Assembly (NCBI RefSeq): GCF_004010195.1
Contig: NC_057751.1
Span: 6,518,863-6,582,862, forward strand
Reading direction: 5' to 3'
Source: Chiloscyllium plagiosum
Lineage: Eukaryota
DNA: 64,000 nt
The notes under the pieces: generated by a model
Told to the model about the DNA's origin: nothing
Databases searched by the model: none
The model's input: the letters and a program-made list of their open reading frames with translations, nothing else
Position numbers and translations under genes: made by a program
Part shown: piece by piece, positions 12,301 through 25,257 of the stretch
Layout of the letters: every line of letters starts with the position of its first letter
Numbering within the stretch: position 1 is the stretch's first letter

Positions 12301-13114
12301 GTAACACCTCTTCCGTCTGACCTCTTCTGTCAAAATGATTGTGACTAAGTTGACACTGTAGATTATGATATGTATTTGGGTTTATTTCTCATTTCCTCCA
12401 AGATTTCTCTTACAAGACTCTGTGGGGACTGCCTGTGAGTACCCCACAGTCCTCATGAGAATTTTCCTCAGCCACCTGCTCTCGGAGCTAAAAATGTATC
12501 CCTTCTCGACTGTGGATGTCCAATCTTTGGAACAGTTACTTTTCAATGTCATCTGGTTAATGATTTACTTTTGCAATAAGACACTATAAGGTTTACTTTA
12601 GAGTCTACTACTGATTTCAAACTATGCATTCTTCCCTGTTCCTCACAAAATTCAAACCCCGCCTGCCTTCCACATGGTTAATGATGATTTTAGAGTTTCC
12701 ACTTGTTGCAGTGCAGATGTTGTAATTATCACTAAATTGGCTACTTTTTCTCAATGAGCTGAAAACTACATGAGGACCGATCCACAACTGAAAATTCTCT
12801 CAGCAAAGAACAAGATAAAGTTTTCCCAGAGAACCTTCCTCAGCTTGACCTAATTTTCTGACAGTGTAACCTGTTCTGTGTTATGGCTGGATTAAATTGC
12901 TGTATTGTTTATATATCTCAGAATAATGCATAAAGAGTTGTAAGTTCAAACAGATAATTGGCATGACCTAAAATCTAAACCATCTCAAATCTTGCAGAGC
13001 TTTGAAGCTCCGTGTCGGTATGACACAAAGCATTTATCTCATCTCTCTCGAGGGCTTTCTCTTTAAGAGTCAGGAGTCTATCGTGTGATTCACATCCTCC
13101 ATTCAGAGGCTCAA

Positions 13115-13228
13115 GCTGCTTGGAGTCACATCAAGCACAAAGGATGCTAGTTGTGGTGTTCAAAGAACAGTCACCTCAGCTGCAGGAAATCTCTGCAGGT
13201 GTTCTTCAGAATCGTGTCTTCGGCTGGA
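13115..13228 (+). mobile_element. RT-domain fragment, probably of the LINE family seen at 60715-63700
   Basis: LESHQAQRMLVVVFKEQSPQLQEISAGVLQ resembles the RT motif ..SAGVPQGSVLGP. Confidence 0.6.
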
Positions 13229-13380
13229 GGGAAAGTCATTGTTGAAGCAGTTGAAGGTGGACAGAATTGTGAAGTGGGATCAACACTAAGAGGGGGATTC
13301 AGTAAAGCACAGTTAGAAGGTGGTAATGTGGGAGGCGTTGTCATCCAATGTCAGGGGTGCTTTGGGTTTCATGTGGGTAT

Positions 13381-14030
13381 TGTTATGGACCAGGCCAGAT
13401 CCCCTCAAAGCATTTCAAGAAAGTAGCCCAGACCCTAACTTTGCTGGTTATTTTAAGCAGGTGTACAGTGGATATCCCAGGAGTGATGCCGCTGGTCAAA
13501 CCACTCAGTTTTAACCAAAACAGAATTTATTTACAAGATTACCGAATGAAACACAAACAGAGAACAGAGTACAGAATAACCAAACAGCTCATCCCAAGTT
13601 AATGATGCTGTTCCCAATACTTGCAACAATCCCGATAAACACCCATTGGCAAAAAATGAAAAATCAAACACAGGTTCTTACAGAAGAGAGAGAGATGGCA
13701 GAGGGATTCAGCATGGAACACCTTCCATGTCGCTGTTTCTTTGACCAGCAGCCTCAAACTGACTGACTGCTTTCAGTGAACAGACAGACTGCTAAAACCC
13801 AAACCAAACCAAAGAAAAGCTGAGCTGGGAGAACTGGCCACTCCCCTTTCATTGTACAAGTGTTTTTCTTTAAAACTTGAAAGCCTTTGTGCCTCAGACA
13901 ATATCTGTTAGCTAAACTCAAATTGGTCCGAAAACCATTCAAACCTAGACCTTTAAGTCTGCTTTTACAGCCTTTCTGAAAAAGAAGGCTAAGGACCGCC
14001 TAACCTTGTTAAAGGATTAGCATCAGCACA
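13381..14030 (-). mobile_element. Solo LTR (TG...CA), about 650 bp
   Basis: Begins TGTTATGG, ends GCACA; flanks GGTAT/GGTGT (5-bp TSD, 1 mismatch); reverse-complement copy at 37910-39288. Confidence 0.7.
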
Positions 14031-14379
14031 GGTGTGGTGTATGACTACACCAGGCATAATCACTTTGTCTCTGCCAGGGGCTGGGTAGGAAGGGTGGGCA
14101 ATTATAGGAAGCTTGGATGGGAACCTAGGGAAGTGTAAAGCCTGTGGGATTTGTGGGGTCAGCCAGGAGGAAGGGATGTGAATGTTTGAGGGTTGGGGCA
14201 CAAAGCCAGTGGTAGCAGGCTAGTCTGTGTTCCTTTCCATCGAGACACAAATCTCAAGTGTGCAATGGGGAAGAAATTGGCTGTGACTAGACTCAGAGTG
14301 AGTAGGATAGATTATTCGATCTCTGAGGGAGGGGGTGCAGTAACCACCATTCTAAGGGCTTTTTAAAGGGAAAGAACAT

Positions 14380-14912
14380 TGAGTCATGGAGTCATAGAGA
14401 TATACAGCATGGAAATAGACCCTTTGATCCAATTCATCCATGCTGACCAGATATAAACCTAGTCCCATTTGCTAGCATTTGGCCCATATTCCTCCAAACC
14501 CTTCCTATTCATATACCTATCCAGATACAATCATGGTGTATTTGTACCAGCCTCCACCACTTCCTCTGGCAGCTCATTCCATACTCGCACTACCTTCTGC
14601 ATGAAAAGGATGTCCCTTAGATCCCTTTTTTATCTTTCCCCTCTCACCTTAAATCTATGCCTTCGAGTTCTCCACCACCGCAGAACAAAGACCCTGCCTA
14701 TTTACATTATCCATGCCCCTCATGATTTTATAAACCTCCATAAGTTCACCCCTCAGTCTCCAACACTCCAGGGAAAATAGCCCCAGCCTATTCAGCCTCT
14801 CCCTGTTGCTCAAATCCTCCCACCCTGGCAACATGCTTGTAAATCTTTTTCTGTAACCCTTTTCAAGTTTCACAACATCCTTCCACTAGGAGGGAGACCA
14901 GAATTGCACACA
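14380..14912 (-). mobile_element. CR1 3' end
   Basis: RFTSMLPGWEDLSNRERLNRLGLFSLE...RGELMEVYKIMRG; tail. Confidence 0.9.
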
Positions 14913-15469
14913 AGCGTTGGGTGCTGAGTACCCGTGATGAGTCAATGGAGTGCAGGGATGTGCACCTGTCCAGCAGACCCTGAGGATGTTCGGCCTGGCT
15001 TCCCATGGATACCACCAATCTGTGCACAAACGCAGACAGATGGTCATGTGATTTGCTGCACAAATGCAGGTTTAGGCAATGTGGGTCACTGTGTCCCAAC
15101 TGCCTGTTTGCTGCTCCAACATCCATCTTGTACATTTGGATGAACACCCCTCATTCCCAATACCACAAGGCCATCTCCTGTCTGGGGCTGAGCAGGTGCA
15201 ATACTGCAGTCAGGTGCTAAGCAGCAATGTATCAGTCCTCCAGACACAATGAACACTTTCAAAATCCACTTCATGAAGTTTCAGTATTTTGAGACTGGAA
15301 GTCCAATTACTTGGAATTTTTTTGGGGAACCAGATCTTGCCATGATTTTTCAAGTTTCAGTTAAAGGCCAGAGAATGGAGACAAGCCCCTGGTGTAGAAG
15401 GGTAGAAGGGAAAGATTGGTAGACCATTCAGTCATGGTGAGAGCTGTCAACTTCAGCGTTCAGTCAGCA

Positions 15470-15772
15470 AAAGGAGACATTGGTAAGGCCACATTTGGAG
15501 GTCAATTCTAGTCACCCATTAAACTTACTATTGAATGGGAGAGGGTGCAAAACAAAAGGTTGTCACTGAGACGGGAGGGTTTGAGTTATAAGGAGAGACT
15601 GGATCGTCTGGGACTTCTTTCTCTGGAGTACAGGAGGCTGAGGGGTGATCTTATAGATGTTTATCAAATCATGAGGGGCACAGATAAGGTCTTTTCCCCA
15701 GGGTAGGGAAATCCAAAACTAGAGGGCATAGGTTTCAAGTGAGAGGGGAAGAGTTTAAAAGAGACCTGAGGA
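15470..15772 (+). mobile_element. CR1 3' fragment
   Basis: GGAGGCTGAGGGGTGATCTTATAGA...AACTAGAGGGCATAGGTTT. Confidence 0.8.
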
Positions 15773-15794
15773 GCACACAGGGCAGTTCAAAGAG

Positions 15795-17740
15795 AAGTAC
15801 AGAGATGTACGGCAGCACAAGAACAGTTCCTTCAGCCCTCCAAGCCTGTGTCCATCATCATGCTCTAACTAAACTAAAAAACAAACCTTCTGCCTTTATT
15901 TGGTCCATATTCCTCTGTTCCTTATTCGTGTCACCATCCAGATGCCTCTTAAATGTTGCCAACATTCCTGCTTCTACCATCTCTTTCGGCTCCTACCATC
16001 CTCAGGGTGAAAAACCTCTCTCGCACATCTCCCTTCAACTTCCTCCTTGCACCTTGAACCTGTGTCCCCTTGTAATTGAACCTTCAACCTTGGGGAAAAA
16101 GCCTCTGACTATCCACCCTATCTAGGCCTCTCAGAATTTTGGAGACCTCTATCAGGTCTCCTGTCAGCCTTGTCTTTCCAGTGAAAACAACCCAGTCTTT
16201 TTAGGCTTTCTTCATAGCCAATTCCCTCGAGGACAAGCAACATCCTGTTGAACCTTCTCTGCATTCTCACCAAAGCTTCCACATCCTTCTGGTAGTGTGG
16301 CAACCAAAACTGCACACAATACTCCAATGCAGCCTAACATCGGTTTTATATAGCTGCACCATGATTTGCTAACTATTGTACTCCATGGCCCCGATGCCAT
16401 TTGCCTTCTTAATCACCTTGGTCACCTATGTTCCCACTTTTAGGGAAGTGTGGACCTGCACACTCAGATCCATCTGTTAATGTTCCTCAGGCTTCTGCCA
16501 TTTACACTATAATTCACATCTAAGTTTGATCCTCTAAAACACATCACCTCGCATTTGTCTGAATTATGCTCCTGCTGCCATTTCCGTGCCCAACTCGCCA
16601 AACTATCAATATCCCGTTGTATCCTTTCACAGTCATCAGCACCATGAGTGACTCCAGCAATCTTCATGTCACCTGCAACTTACTAATCAGACCATGCACA
16701 TTTTCCTCCGGGTCATTTATATTTACTACAAACAACAGATCCCTGCAGAACACCACTAGTTACCAGTCAGTCTCCATCTGAAAAGAGCACTCTTCCACCG
16801 CTACCCTCTGTCTTCTATGACCAAGCTAGTTTTGTGTCCATCCAGCCAGCCCACCATGAATCCCAATTAATTTTATTTTCTGTACCAATCTGCCAATTGG
16901 GACTTTACTAAAGTCCATACAGACTACATTCACAGCCCTTCTTTCATCAAAACCATGCTACCTGTCACTAATTAGTCCATTTTCTTCCAAATGTGCATGT
17001 ATCTTGTCCCTCAGTATCTTCCCCAAGAGCTTCCCCACCACAGACATTATGCTCACCAGCCTCTAATTTCTTGGATTATCCCTGCTTCCTTTCTTGAATA
17101 AGGGAACAACATTGTCTAATCTCCAGTCCTCTAGAATCTTGGCTGTGGTCGAAGAGGATGTGAAGATATCTGCTAATGTGCCAGCTATTTCTTCCCTTGC
17201 CTCTTGCAGTAATCTAGGATAGATCCCAGCTGGCCCTTGGGGACTTATCTACATTAATGCAATTTAGGATACCCAAAATTTCCTCCTCCAAAATATTGAC
17301 ATTCTCTGGAATATTTGCACACTCACTCCTGACCTCACTATCAGTTATGTCCTTCTCCTGGGTGAATACCAGTACAAAGTACTCATTAAGTATCTCTCCC
17401 ACTTCGTGTGTCTCAACACTTAACTCCCTCCTTTGTCCTTGAGAGGACCTACTCTTTTCCTTGCTACCCTCTTTCTTCGAATATATGCATAAAAAGAATT
17501 GGGAATCTCTTTGACCCTGTTTGCTAAAGACATTTCACGGCCCCTTTTAGCCTCCCTAATTCTGCATTCAGGTTCCTTCCTAATTTCTCTATACTCCTCA
17601 AACACTTTGTCAGTTTGGTAGCTGCCTTGACCTATCGTATGCTTCCTTTTTCCTTTTGGCTAAGCTTACAGTTTTCCTTGTCATCCATGGTTCTGGAATC
17701 CTGGAATTCTTCAGTTTTGCAGGGAAATGCATGTCCTGCA
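15795..17740 (-). mobile_element. CR1 LINE, long decayed ORF2 fragment
   Basis: EYCVQFWLPHYQKDVEAL, WARKWQ..NSDKCEVM, MGEILNEYFVLVFTQE, FYAYIRRKRVARKRVGPLKD. Confidence 0.9.
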
Positions 17741-17744
17741 CTTT

Positions 17745-17895
17745 AAGAGCTGCCAGAGGAAGTGGTAGAAGCAAGTACCATTAAAACATTTAGAAGACAT
17801 TTGGGCAGTCACATAGATAGTTTAGTTTGGGAAACCTGGTCGACATGGACAAGTTGGACTGATTGTTTCCATGCTGTATACCTCTATGGCTCTAA
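17745..17895 (+). mobile_element. CR1 3' end
   Basis: GAGCTGCCAGAGGAAGTGGT...TGTTTCCATGCTGTATACCTCTATG. Confidence 0.8.
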
Positions 17896-18299
17896 GTGAA
17901 GCTGAGTTAACCTTTTGGACAAGTCCTGTAGCTCCCTGGCCATGATGTGCATGAGGGGCAACTTCTGTCTCGGACAGCCAGAGTTCACAACTCTGGGCCA
18001 GTGTCCTACACAGATATAGTGTAAGGCATCCTTCCTGCTCTAAGCCCATTGCATTGATCTGATCATGGGAGCTAAACTGACCCCCAATTGGTTTCTTTTA
18101 AGACGGCTTGTGGTCAGGGTCATGGTGGATGTCAATGCCACAATTGAAAGGTTATCGGCTTGGCCATCTCCACTCAGAACCTATCCAATTTTAAAAAAAC
18201 AAGCTCCACATTTCAGCATCAAGTCTCCCGGGTCAGATAAAAGACAGGTGAGTGCACGGTAACTCTACCACTATTTTGTCACAATAGGATGCCTCAAGA

Positions 18300-18429
18300 G
18301 ATGGAAATGTGTTGCTGGAAAAGCGCAGCAGGTCAGGCAGCATCTAGGGAACAGGAGAATCGACGTTTCGGGCATTAGCCCTTCCTTCCATCTCTGATCT
18401 CCAGCATCTGCAGACCTCACTTTCTCCTC
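18300..18429. mobile_element. Short palindromic PLE-derived element (centre deleted)
   Basis: Same family as 9895, 22637 and 48075; 15-bp TSD TAGGATGCCTCAAGA on both sides. Confidence 0.75.
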
Positions 18430-18819
18430 TAGGATGCCTCAAGACCAAGTGCAGGAGCATACCAGTGTCCACTTGGTGATATATTGGGGAGAGACAAAAT
18501 TAGCAACACATTTCCATCTCTGATCTCCAGCATCTGCAGACCTCACTTTCTCTTCTAGGATGCCTCAAGACCAAGTGCAGGAGCATACCAGTGTCCACTT
18601 GGTGATATATTGGGGAGAGACAAAATTATGACCCATCAATTTGATCCAAGTGGTGATAGATCAGTGCTCAGAGATAAACTTTAATCTTCAGATCCTAACC
18701 ACTGCCTCCTCCAATGTATGACTGATTTCATATTCAGGCACATTTTTGGTTACTCCAATTGTTCCCACCCTCACTTGAACCCATACAAAGTTCTTTTGTC
18801 CTTAACATGTTCAAAAGAT

Positions 18820-20330
18820 ATTGGAGCAGACTTTGGCCATTTGGCTCATTAAGTCTGGCCTGTCATTCGATCATGACTGATGTGCTCCTTATCCCCCTAT
18901 TTTTGCCTTCTCTCCATTTCCTTCAACCCATTACCAGTTAAAAATGTGTCTAACTCCTCCTTAAATTTACTCACTGTCCCAGCATCCACACCACTTTGAG
19001 GTTGCGAATTCCACAGATTCACAACTCTTTGGGAGAAGTAGTTTTTCAACTCTGTTTTAAATTTGCTACCCCTTATCCTCAGACTATGACCTCTCATCCA
19101 AGAATGCCCCACAAGATGAAGCATCCGCTTCACGTCTATTTTACCCACATCTTTTATCATCTTGAATATCTCAATTTGATCTCCGCGATTCTTCTAAATT
19201 CCAGAGAGTATAGGCCAAAATTGTTCAATCTCTCTTCACATGACAAACCCCTCATCATTGGAATCAATCTAGTGAACCTCCTGTGAGCTACTTCCAATGC
19301 CACTACATCACTACATTTAGGGTGGCACGGTGGCTCAGTGGTTAGCACTGCTACCTCATAGCACCAGGGACCCAGGTTCGATTCCAGCCTCGGGCAACTG
19401 TGTGTGTGGAGTTTGCACATTCTCCCTGTGTCTGCGTGGGTTTCCTCCAGTTTCCTCCCACAGTCCATAGATTTACACACCAGATGAATTGACCATGCTA
19501 AATTGGCCATAGTGTTAGGTGCATTAGTCAGAGGGAAATGGGTCCGTGTGGGTTACTATTTGGAGGGTTGGTGTGGAATTGTTGGGCTGAAGGGCCTGTT
19601 TCCACACTGTAGGGAATCTAATCTAATCTTTCCTCAAATAAGGAGATGTACCCTGTGCACAATACTCCAGGTGCGGTCTCACCAATACCACGTATAATTG
19701 CAACAATACTTTCTTAACTTTATGTTCTGTTCCCTTAGCTATAAAAGCCAACATTCCTTTCATTTTCTTTAACTTTTGCTGTGAGTTTTCTGTGACTCAT
19801 GAACAAGTACACCTCGATCCCTCTGCATAGGAGCACCCTGAAGTCTTTCCCCATTAAGCTAATCGGTCACCTTCCCATTTTCTTGACCCCACTTGTCCAC
19901 GTTAAATCCCATCTGTAACATTTTGGCCCACTCTGCTAAACTATCTATATCCATTTATAAGGTTCTCATTTCCTCATTGCAACTTACCCTCTCGCTAATT
20001 TTTGTGTCGTCCGCAAATTTGACTATAGAGCCTTCTATCCCTGTATCCAAGTTGTTAATGCAGATTGTGAATAGCTGGAGTCCAGGACCAAACCCTGTGG
20101 TACTCCAGTAATTACATCTTGCCATCCAGAAAGAAAACCATTTATCCCAACTCTCTGTCTTCTGTCCATCAGCCAGTCATCTGTCCAGACTAATAAATTA
20201 TCCTGAATCCCATATGATCCAACCTTGTGAATTAACCTTTTGTGCGGCACCTTATCAATCACTTTCTGGAAGTCCAGATAAATTACGTCCACAGCATCAC
20301 CATTATCCACTTTGCTTGTTAAATCTTCAA
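18820..20330 (-). mobile_element. CR1 LINE (RT to 3' end), interrupted by an HE1 SINE
   Basis: VDVIYLDFQKVIDKVPHKRL...WQDVITGVPQG; NYFSQRVVNLWNS. Confidence 0.9.
19319..19628 (+). mobile_element. HE1-type V-SINE, full length
   Basis: GGTGGCACGGTGGCTCAGTGGTTAGCAC, GGTTCGATTCC, (AATCT)n tail. Confidence 0.92.
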
Positions 20331-20424
20331 AGAACTTATCCTATCTCTAACCTATTCACCATCACTCCTACACTTGCCAAACAGTACTGCACTGTGGTAT
20401 GCTGTTGGCACCCCAAGTACAGCA

Positions 20425-20745
20425 TAAGAACATAAGAACTAGGAACAGAGGTTCGCAATTAAGCCCCTCGAGCCTGCTTCCTCATTTTATACTATTGTGG
20501 CTTATCTCATCTCAGCCTCAACTTCACTTTCCTGCCTGGCTTCCATAACCTTCAATCCGTTATTAGTTAAAACCTTAACTGTCTCATCCTTAAACCCTCA
20601 ATCCACATGGCATTCACCACAGATTCACGTCCCTTTTAAAGAAGTAACTTTTCCTCATCTGTTTTACATCTTCTACCTTATCCTAAAACTACAACCTCTC
20701 ATTCTGGATTATCCCATGAGGGAGCGTTCTCTCTGTCCACTTTGT
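20425..20745 (-). mobile_element. CR1 3' end with (CATAAGAA)n tail
   Basis: Tail plus AGCCCCTCGAGCCTGCT 3'UTR. Confidence 0.7.
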
Positions 20746-21724
20746 ATATTCCCTTGAGCATACATTTCCATCTAAAATGATGGCATAAATAACATGATAA
20801 ATCAATTCACATACAACTGTGATCTTGAACATCAAAATGTCGACTAATGTAAAAGACACACATCCTGGTAGACATATACCATACTGAAAGTTCATCTGAA
20901 GCCGTAAGAAGTGGGCTCGACAAAAACTCGGCTTGTTTGCTTTTGAAGGAAAATAACTTTTCAATCTCTCCTGTGGCGTTTACTGCACCTGCCTGGTTAA
21001 TTGTGCTGCTACTTTTAAGACTTGAAATGCTTCCAATTTTTCTGCCTTCACTGGCCCTGTGCCCATTAGAGAGTCTCCAGCAGTGCACAGAGCCCACGCT
21101 CTTCATGATAATGAGACCAGCATAAACTATCAGTGCTTCAGTACTTCCCAGAGTGCAGTGCATTGGTGTGAACATCTTATACTTGTCTGCCTGGGAAGAT
21201 GGCCCCTAAAGCCTTAATGTTAAGTTGTGTTGTACTTTTCAACATGATATCCCAGCAACGTTCTGGCTGGGGAAATAATACTGAAACTGTGAATTCTTCT
21301 TTGATCTCGGCTCAGCATTCACTGTCCTTTTCACTGCTTTCAGATTATTTTTTCTCTTTCATGGCTGCTGTCTCAGCCTCAGTCTTTCTCTTGGGTGATA
21401 AATTTACAGAAATTGCATTCTCTCAGTCTCTTGGTCACCTTATCAGTAGGTGCTGCCAGATTCACTCAAACTGTTCACTTGTTTGTCATTATTTTATGTT
21501 CACTGATGCAATGGTCCTGTGCTGCTCATGAGGGGAGCAGGTGGAAGCAACAGATGCCCTTTCTTCGCACTATAAGCAGTGTATTATCGACATTAATGGA
21601 GGGGAAATCAATCTTCTGGTGGGATCCAAGACCACAGGCAAAGTCTTTTTGAGGTATTTGGGGAGGAGTGGACATCAGGAGAAATTCTATGATTTGGAAC
21701 AGAGTGGGAAAGGGAGCCATACCA

Positions 21725-21953
21725 TTTTTCACGCAGAGGGTGGTGCATGTATGGACTGAGTTGCCAGAGGAAGTGGTGGAGTAAAATTACGATTTAAAAC
21801 GCATCTGGATAGGTATATGAATAGGAAGGGTTAAGAGGGATATGGGCCAAATGTTGACAAATGGGACAAGATTAGGTTCGGATATCTGCAGCATGGACAA
21901 GTTGGAAAGAAGGGTCTGTCGCCGTGCTATACATCTCTATGACTCTATGACTA
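21725..21953 (+). mobile_element. CR1 3' end
   Basis: TTTTTCACGCAGAGGGTGGT...CTCTATGACTCTATGAC. Confidence 0.85.
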
Positions 21954-22299
21954 AGTGGCCCTTCAAATTTCCTTCCTCTCTTCTCTTAACCATTTTGAGT
22001 TCATCCAAGTTTTGTTGCCTGTATCCTAACTCTAACCTGAGCCTTTTTACCAATCCTGCTCTGTTTGATGTCCTGTACTGCCTTCCGTTCTACCACATAA
22101 AGATGCTATTTAACCCATGACATCTGTCTAAGAAGTAATTAAACAGTCTGTCCCTTTTCAGGATATATTCTGTTCCACAGTGCAAGTTACTTGTGAATCA
22201 GCTTTTACCGCTGTCTCTTTAGTTCCACTTTTACCTGTCTTACTGCCAGAGCATTCCAATGACCTTTGCGCATGACCCACAAAGGTCACAACCAAAGAC

Positions 22300-23000
22300 T
22301 TTAAACCAGTCAATGTGCTGGTACAGCCTTCAGTAAATTGAGAAAAAGGTTACTTGAGGACCCGGAGCTCAGTCTCGATACTAAGGTTATAGTTTACCAG
22401 ACAGCAGTGGGCTCTCCTCTGCTTTAGAGGTTTGGACAATCCACAGCATCTCAAATCACCAGAGACATTCTCTCGGTGGTGCCAATGCAAGCTCTTCTAA
22501 ATTCAGTGGCAATTCAGCCTGTCCAACAACAACATCCTCTTGCAAGCCAACCTGCGCAGCATCAAAGCACTAACCATTCAAAACAGCTCTAACAGTGGAA
22601 AACATGATTTGTATTCCTGATACCAGATAACTGAGCTGAAAATGTGTTGCTGGAAAAGCGCCGCAGGTCAGTCAGCATCCAGGGAACAGGAGAATCGACG
22701 TTTCGGGCATAAGCCCTTCTTCAGGAATTGAGTCAACTGCTCTCCTAAGAACCCAGTTGTGCCAAGGGACTCCCAGGTCAGCAGAAACACTTTCTTCAGG
22801 GGCTTTCCTCAAAGCATCACCAAAGAATTCACATATACCCTTGGACTCATGGGGGACCCTGACTTGTGCCCCACCACAATGGAGAAGGCTCATTTGGGAA
22901 GACACCAAACACTTCAAGAGACTTCATTGGGAATGTGGAGAGATGAAGTCAAGGTTAGGAAAGGAGTGCACAAAACTCTAAACAATCAATCCACCCAACT
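22300..23000 (+). mobile_element. RTE-clade (BovB-like) LINE C-terminal fragment
   Basis: Translates as AGTAFSKLRKRLLEDPELSLDTKVIVYQTAV...LSNNNILLQANLRSIKAL, typical of the RTE ORF C-terminus. Confidence 0.7.
22637..22729 (-). mobile_element. Short PLE-derived element with intact hammerhead core, inserted in RTE
   Basis: Reverse complement AATTC-CTGAAGA-AGGGC-TTAT-GCCC-GAAA-CGTC-GATT. Confidence 0.8.
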
Positions 23001-24104
23001 ATTCAACTAACGCATACTCCACACATGCTAGCATCTGCAGATTAGATGTTTGATTTAGCAGCCTTCTCAAAACCCATCACCCCCTGGAGTGGAAGCAAGA
23101 CATTATTACGATTGCTGAAGAAGTAAGAGATAAAATCCCACTGCCTTGCCATCAAAGTCTAAATACTTCTGATGATGAACATTTGTGCATCTCCCTTCCT
23201 TTCACCTCACCTCTGCAAATCATTCATGTAGTTGTTTCGTTCCTATATTATGGAATTTTCTCTTTGGACCATTCCACCCCTCTATCTCCTTCTCTACCTT
23301 TAAAACCCTTTCTAAAACAAACCTCATTCCACCTCCTTCCTTGCTCTCATTGTCTTCCTTTTTTTTGATTTTGCATCTGTAAAGTGCTTTGGAATTCTTT
23401 TCTACATCAAAAGCATTAGTTCAGTGCAAATTGTTTCAGAATGGGAGTGTAGGAGCACATTAAAAAGCTGTGCATGTTCTTTGGAGATCAGAAGATCAGT
23501 CCATCAAATATTTTAATGACTTTCCTCTGCCTATTTTGTTTTACTGGAGTCACAAAATCATTGTGGTTTCATTCAGTGTTCATCCACTAATTTTCCTGAT
23601 TATAATTTCTAGGGTTGTGTCTCCATCACTTTTTGTTAGTTCATCAATGTCAGAGTAACAAATGTTCTCATCTTTGTATGAAGTAACGTTTAAAAGGAAA
23701 ATGATTGAGTTCACTGCAAGTTTAGACTACATTAAATTTTGCTGAAAGTATGATGGGTTACCACCAAAAATTAGAACAATGAGATTGTCACTCAGTGAAT
23801 CACAAAATCTTAGGCAATAGAAGGAGGCCATTCAACTCATTGTGTCTCTTTTAATGAGCTAGCCATTTCTTCCCATACCCCTGCTGTTTCTCCATAAGCC
23901 TGTAAATTTGTTCCCGCATGGTTTTCATTTGAATATCTTGGAAAATTAATGTTGAATCTACTTCCACCACACTTTTAAGTAAAGCACCGCAGATCATCAC
24001 AAACCTCTACGAAATATATATCTTTCATCTGTTTCTTTCAACAACTATCATAAATCAGTATTCCCAGTCCCAACTGCTTGCTGTGCCTTTCCGATTTTTG
24101 TTTT

Positions 24105-24410
24105 TAAATATTTTTGATGAGATGTGAGCAAATCTGGCACTTGTTTCTCTTCTGTAATTGACCAGAACGGTCTGACTTGCCCACTTCATGGGGCAGTTCA
24201 GACTGGACCACATTGCTGTGGATCTAGATTCACATGGCGACCAGTCCAGGTAAGGATGGAAGCTTTCCTTCCCTTAAGAATATTAGTGAACCAGTCAACG
24301 TTTTAGAATAATTAATGATAGTTTTATGGCCACAATTACCAAAACTAACTTTTAATTCCAGAATTCTTTTGACTGATGATCCAAGAGCATAAGCATAGAT
24401 TTCTGGATTG
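24105..24410 (-). mobile_element. Family B SINE
   Basis: GGGGCAGTTCAGA..CCACATTGCTGTGGATCTAGATTCACAT...TTTAATTCCAGA. Confidence 0.7.
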
Positions 24411-24478
24411 ATAGTGCACCAATACCTTATTCGATAAAGGACAACTCCAACTTCTTTAATCTGTCTTTATTGCTGAAG

Positions 24479-25172
24479 TCAAAAATCACACGACATGGGG
24501 TTATAGTCCAACAGGCTTATTTGAAAATGCAAGCTTTTGGAACCCCCACTCCTTCCTCAGGTAGCTTGTAAGAGAGAATACATTGGATACAGAATTTATC
24601 AGTAAAAGATCAAATGGTCATGCAACTTACGTGAATGTATTTAACAAACATAGGTGGCTATTAAGTCTTTAATCAGTTTGAGGTGCAGGTTTCGATTGAT
24701 TAATATGTAAATCCCAGAATTTCTTTTAAGTCACTGTCCCCAAAATAACTTCACGTTTTATTAGAATAATGGTGACACCTCAGGTCAGACAATGCATTTT
24801 AGGTGTGAAATCATGTTTCAAGACTGTTTGTATCTCATTCTGGAGTCAGACTGGTTTTATTTCCAAAGCAGGAATTTATAAAATGACACATTGACTGATT
24901 GTCTACAAATTGTGTGCTTTTTAAACAAAATAGAATGTATCTGCATATACAATCTGCAAATGCAAATTCACCCATAGATTTATATGTGAGCGCATTTGTG
25001 TGTGTGTGCGCATGCGCGCTTGAGAGTAAGTGTTTGTGAGTGTGAGGGCATATATGTGTGTGTGTGTGTGAATGTGTGCAAGAGTGTGTGTGCTTGAGAG
25101 AGAGTCCATAAGTGTAAGAGAGTGTGAGTGCAAGTGTGTGTGCATGAAAGAGGGTCCAAAACTAGCACCTCC
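24479..25172 (-). mobile_element. PLE 3' fragment containing a (TG)n-rich tract
   Basis: 12-bp TSD TTATTGCTGAAG at 24467-24478 and 25173-25184; decayed hammerhead at about 24530-24568. Confidence 0.7.
24995..25145. repeat. Degenerate (TG)n/(GA)n microsatellite
   Basis: Direct inspection. Confidence 0.9.
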
Positions 25173-25257
25173 TTATTGCTGAAGACATTCAACCAAGTCC
25201 GAGTTTTTTTAAGTTTACTTTGTACGGTCTACAAGGTGTTGGTTTCCTTCCTGAAGT

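Noticed and set aside
18285..18628. CRISPR-like repeated TAGGATGCCTCAAGA
   Set aside because: Explained by a TSD plus local duplication; eukaryotic context, no unique spacers or cas genes.
19319..19395. tRNA gene (also at 2628, 30930 and 48309)
   Set aside because: The A/B boxes are SINE heads followed by V domain and LINE tail; no complete cloverleaf.
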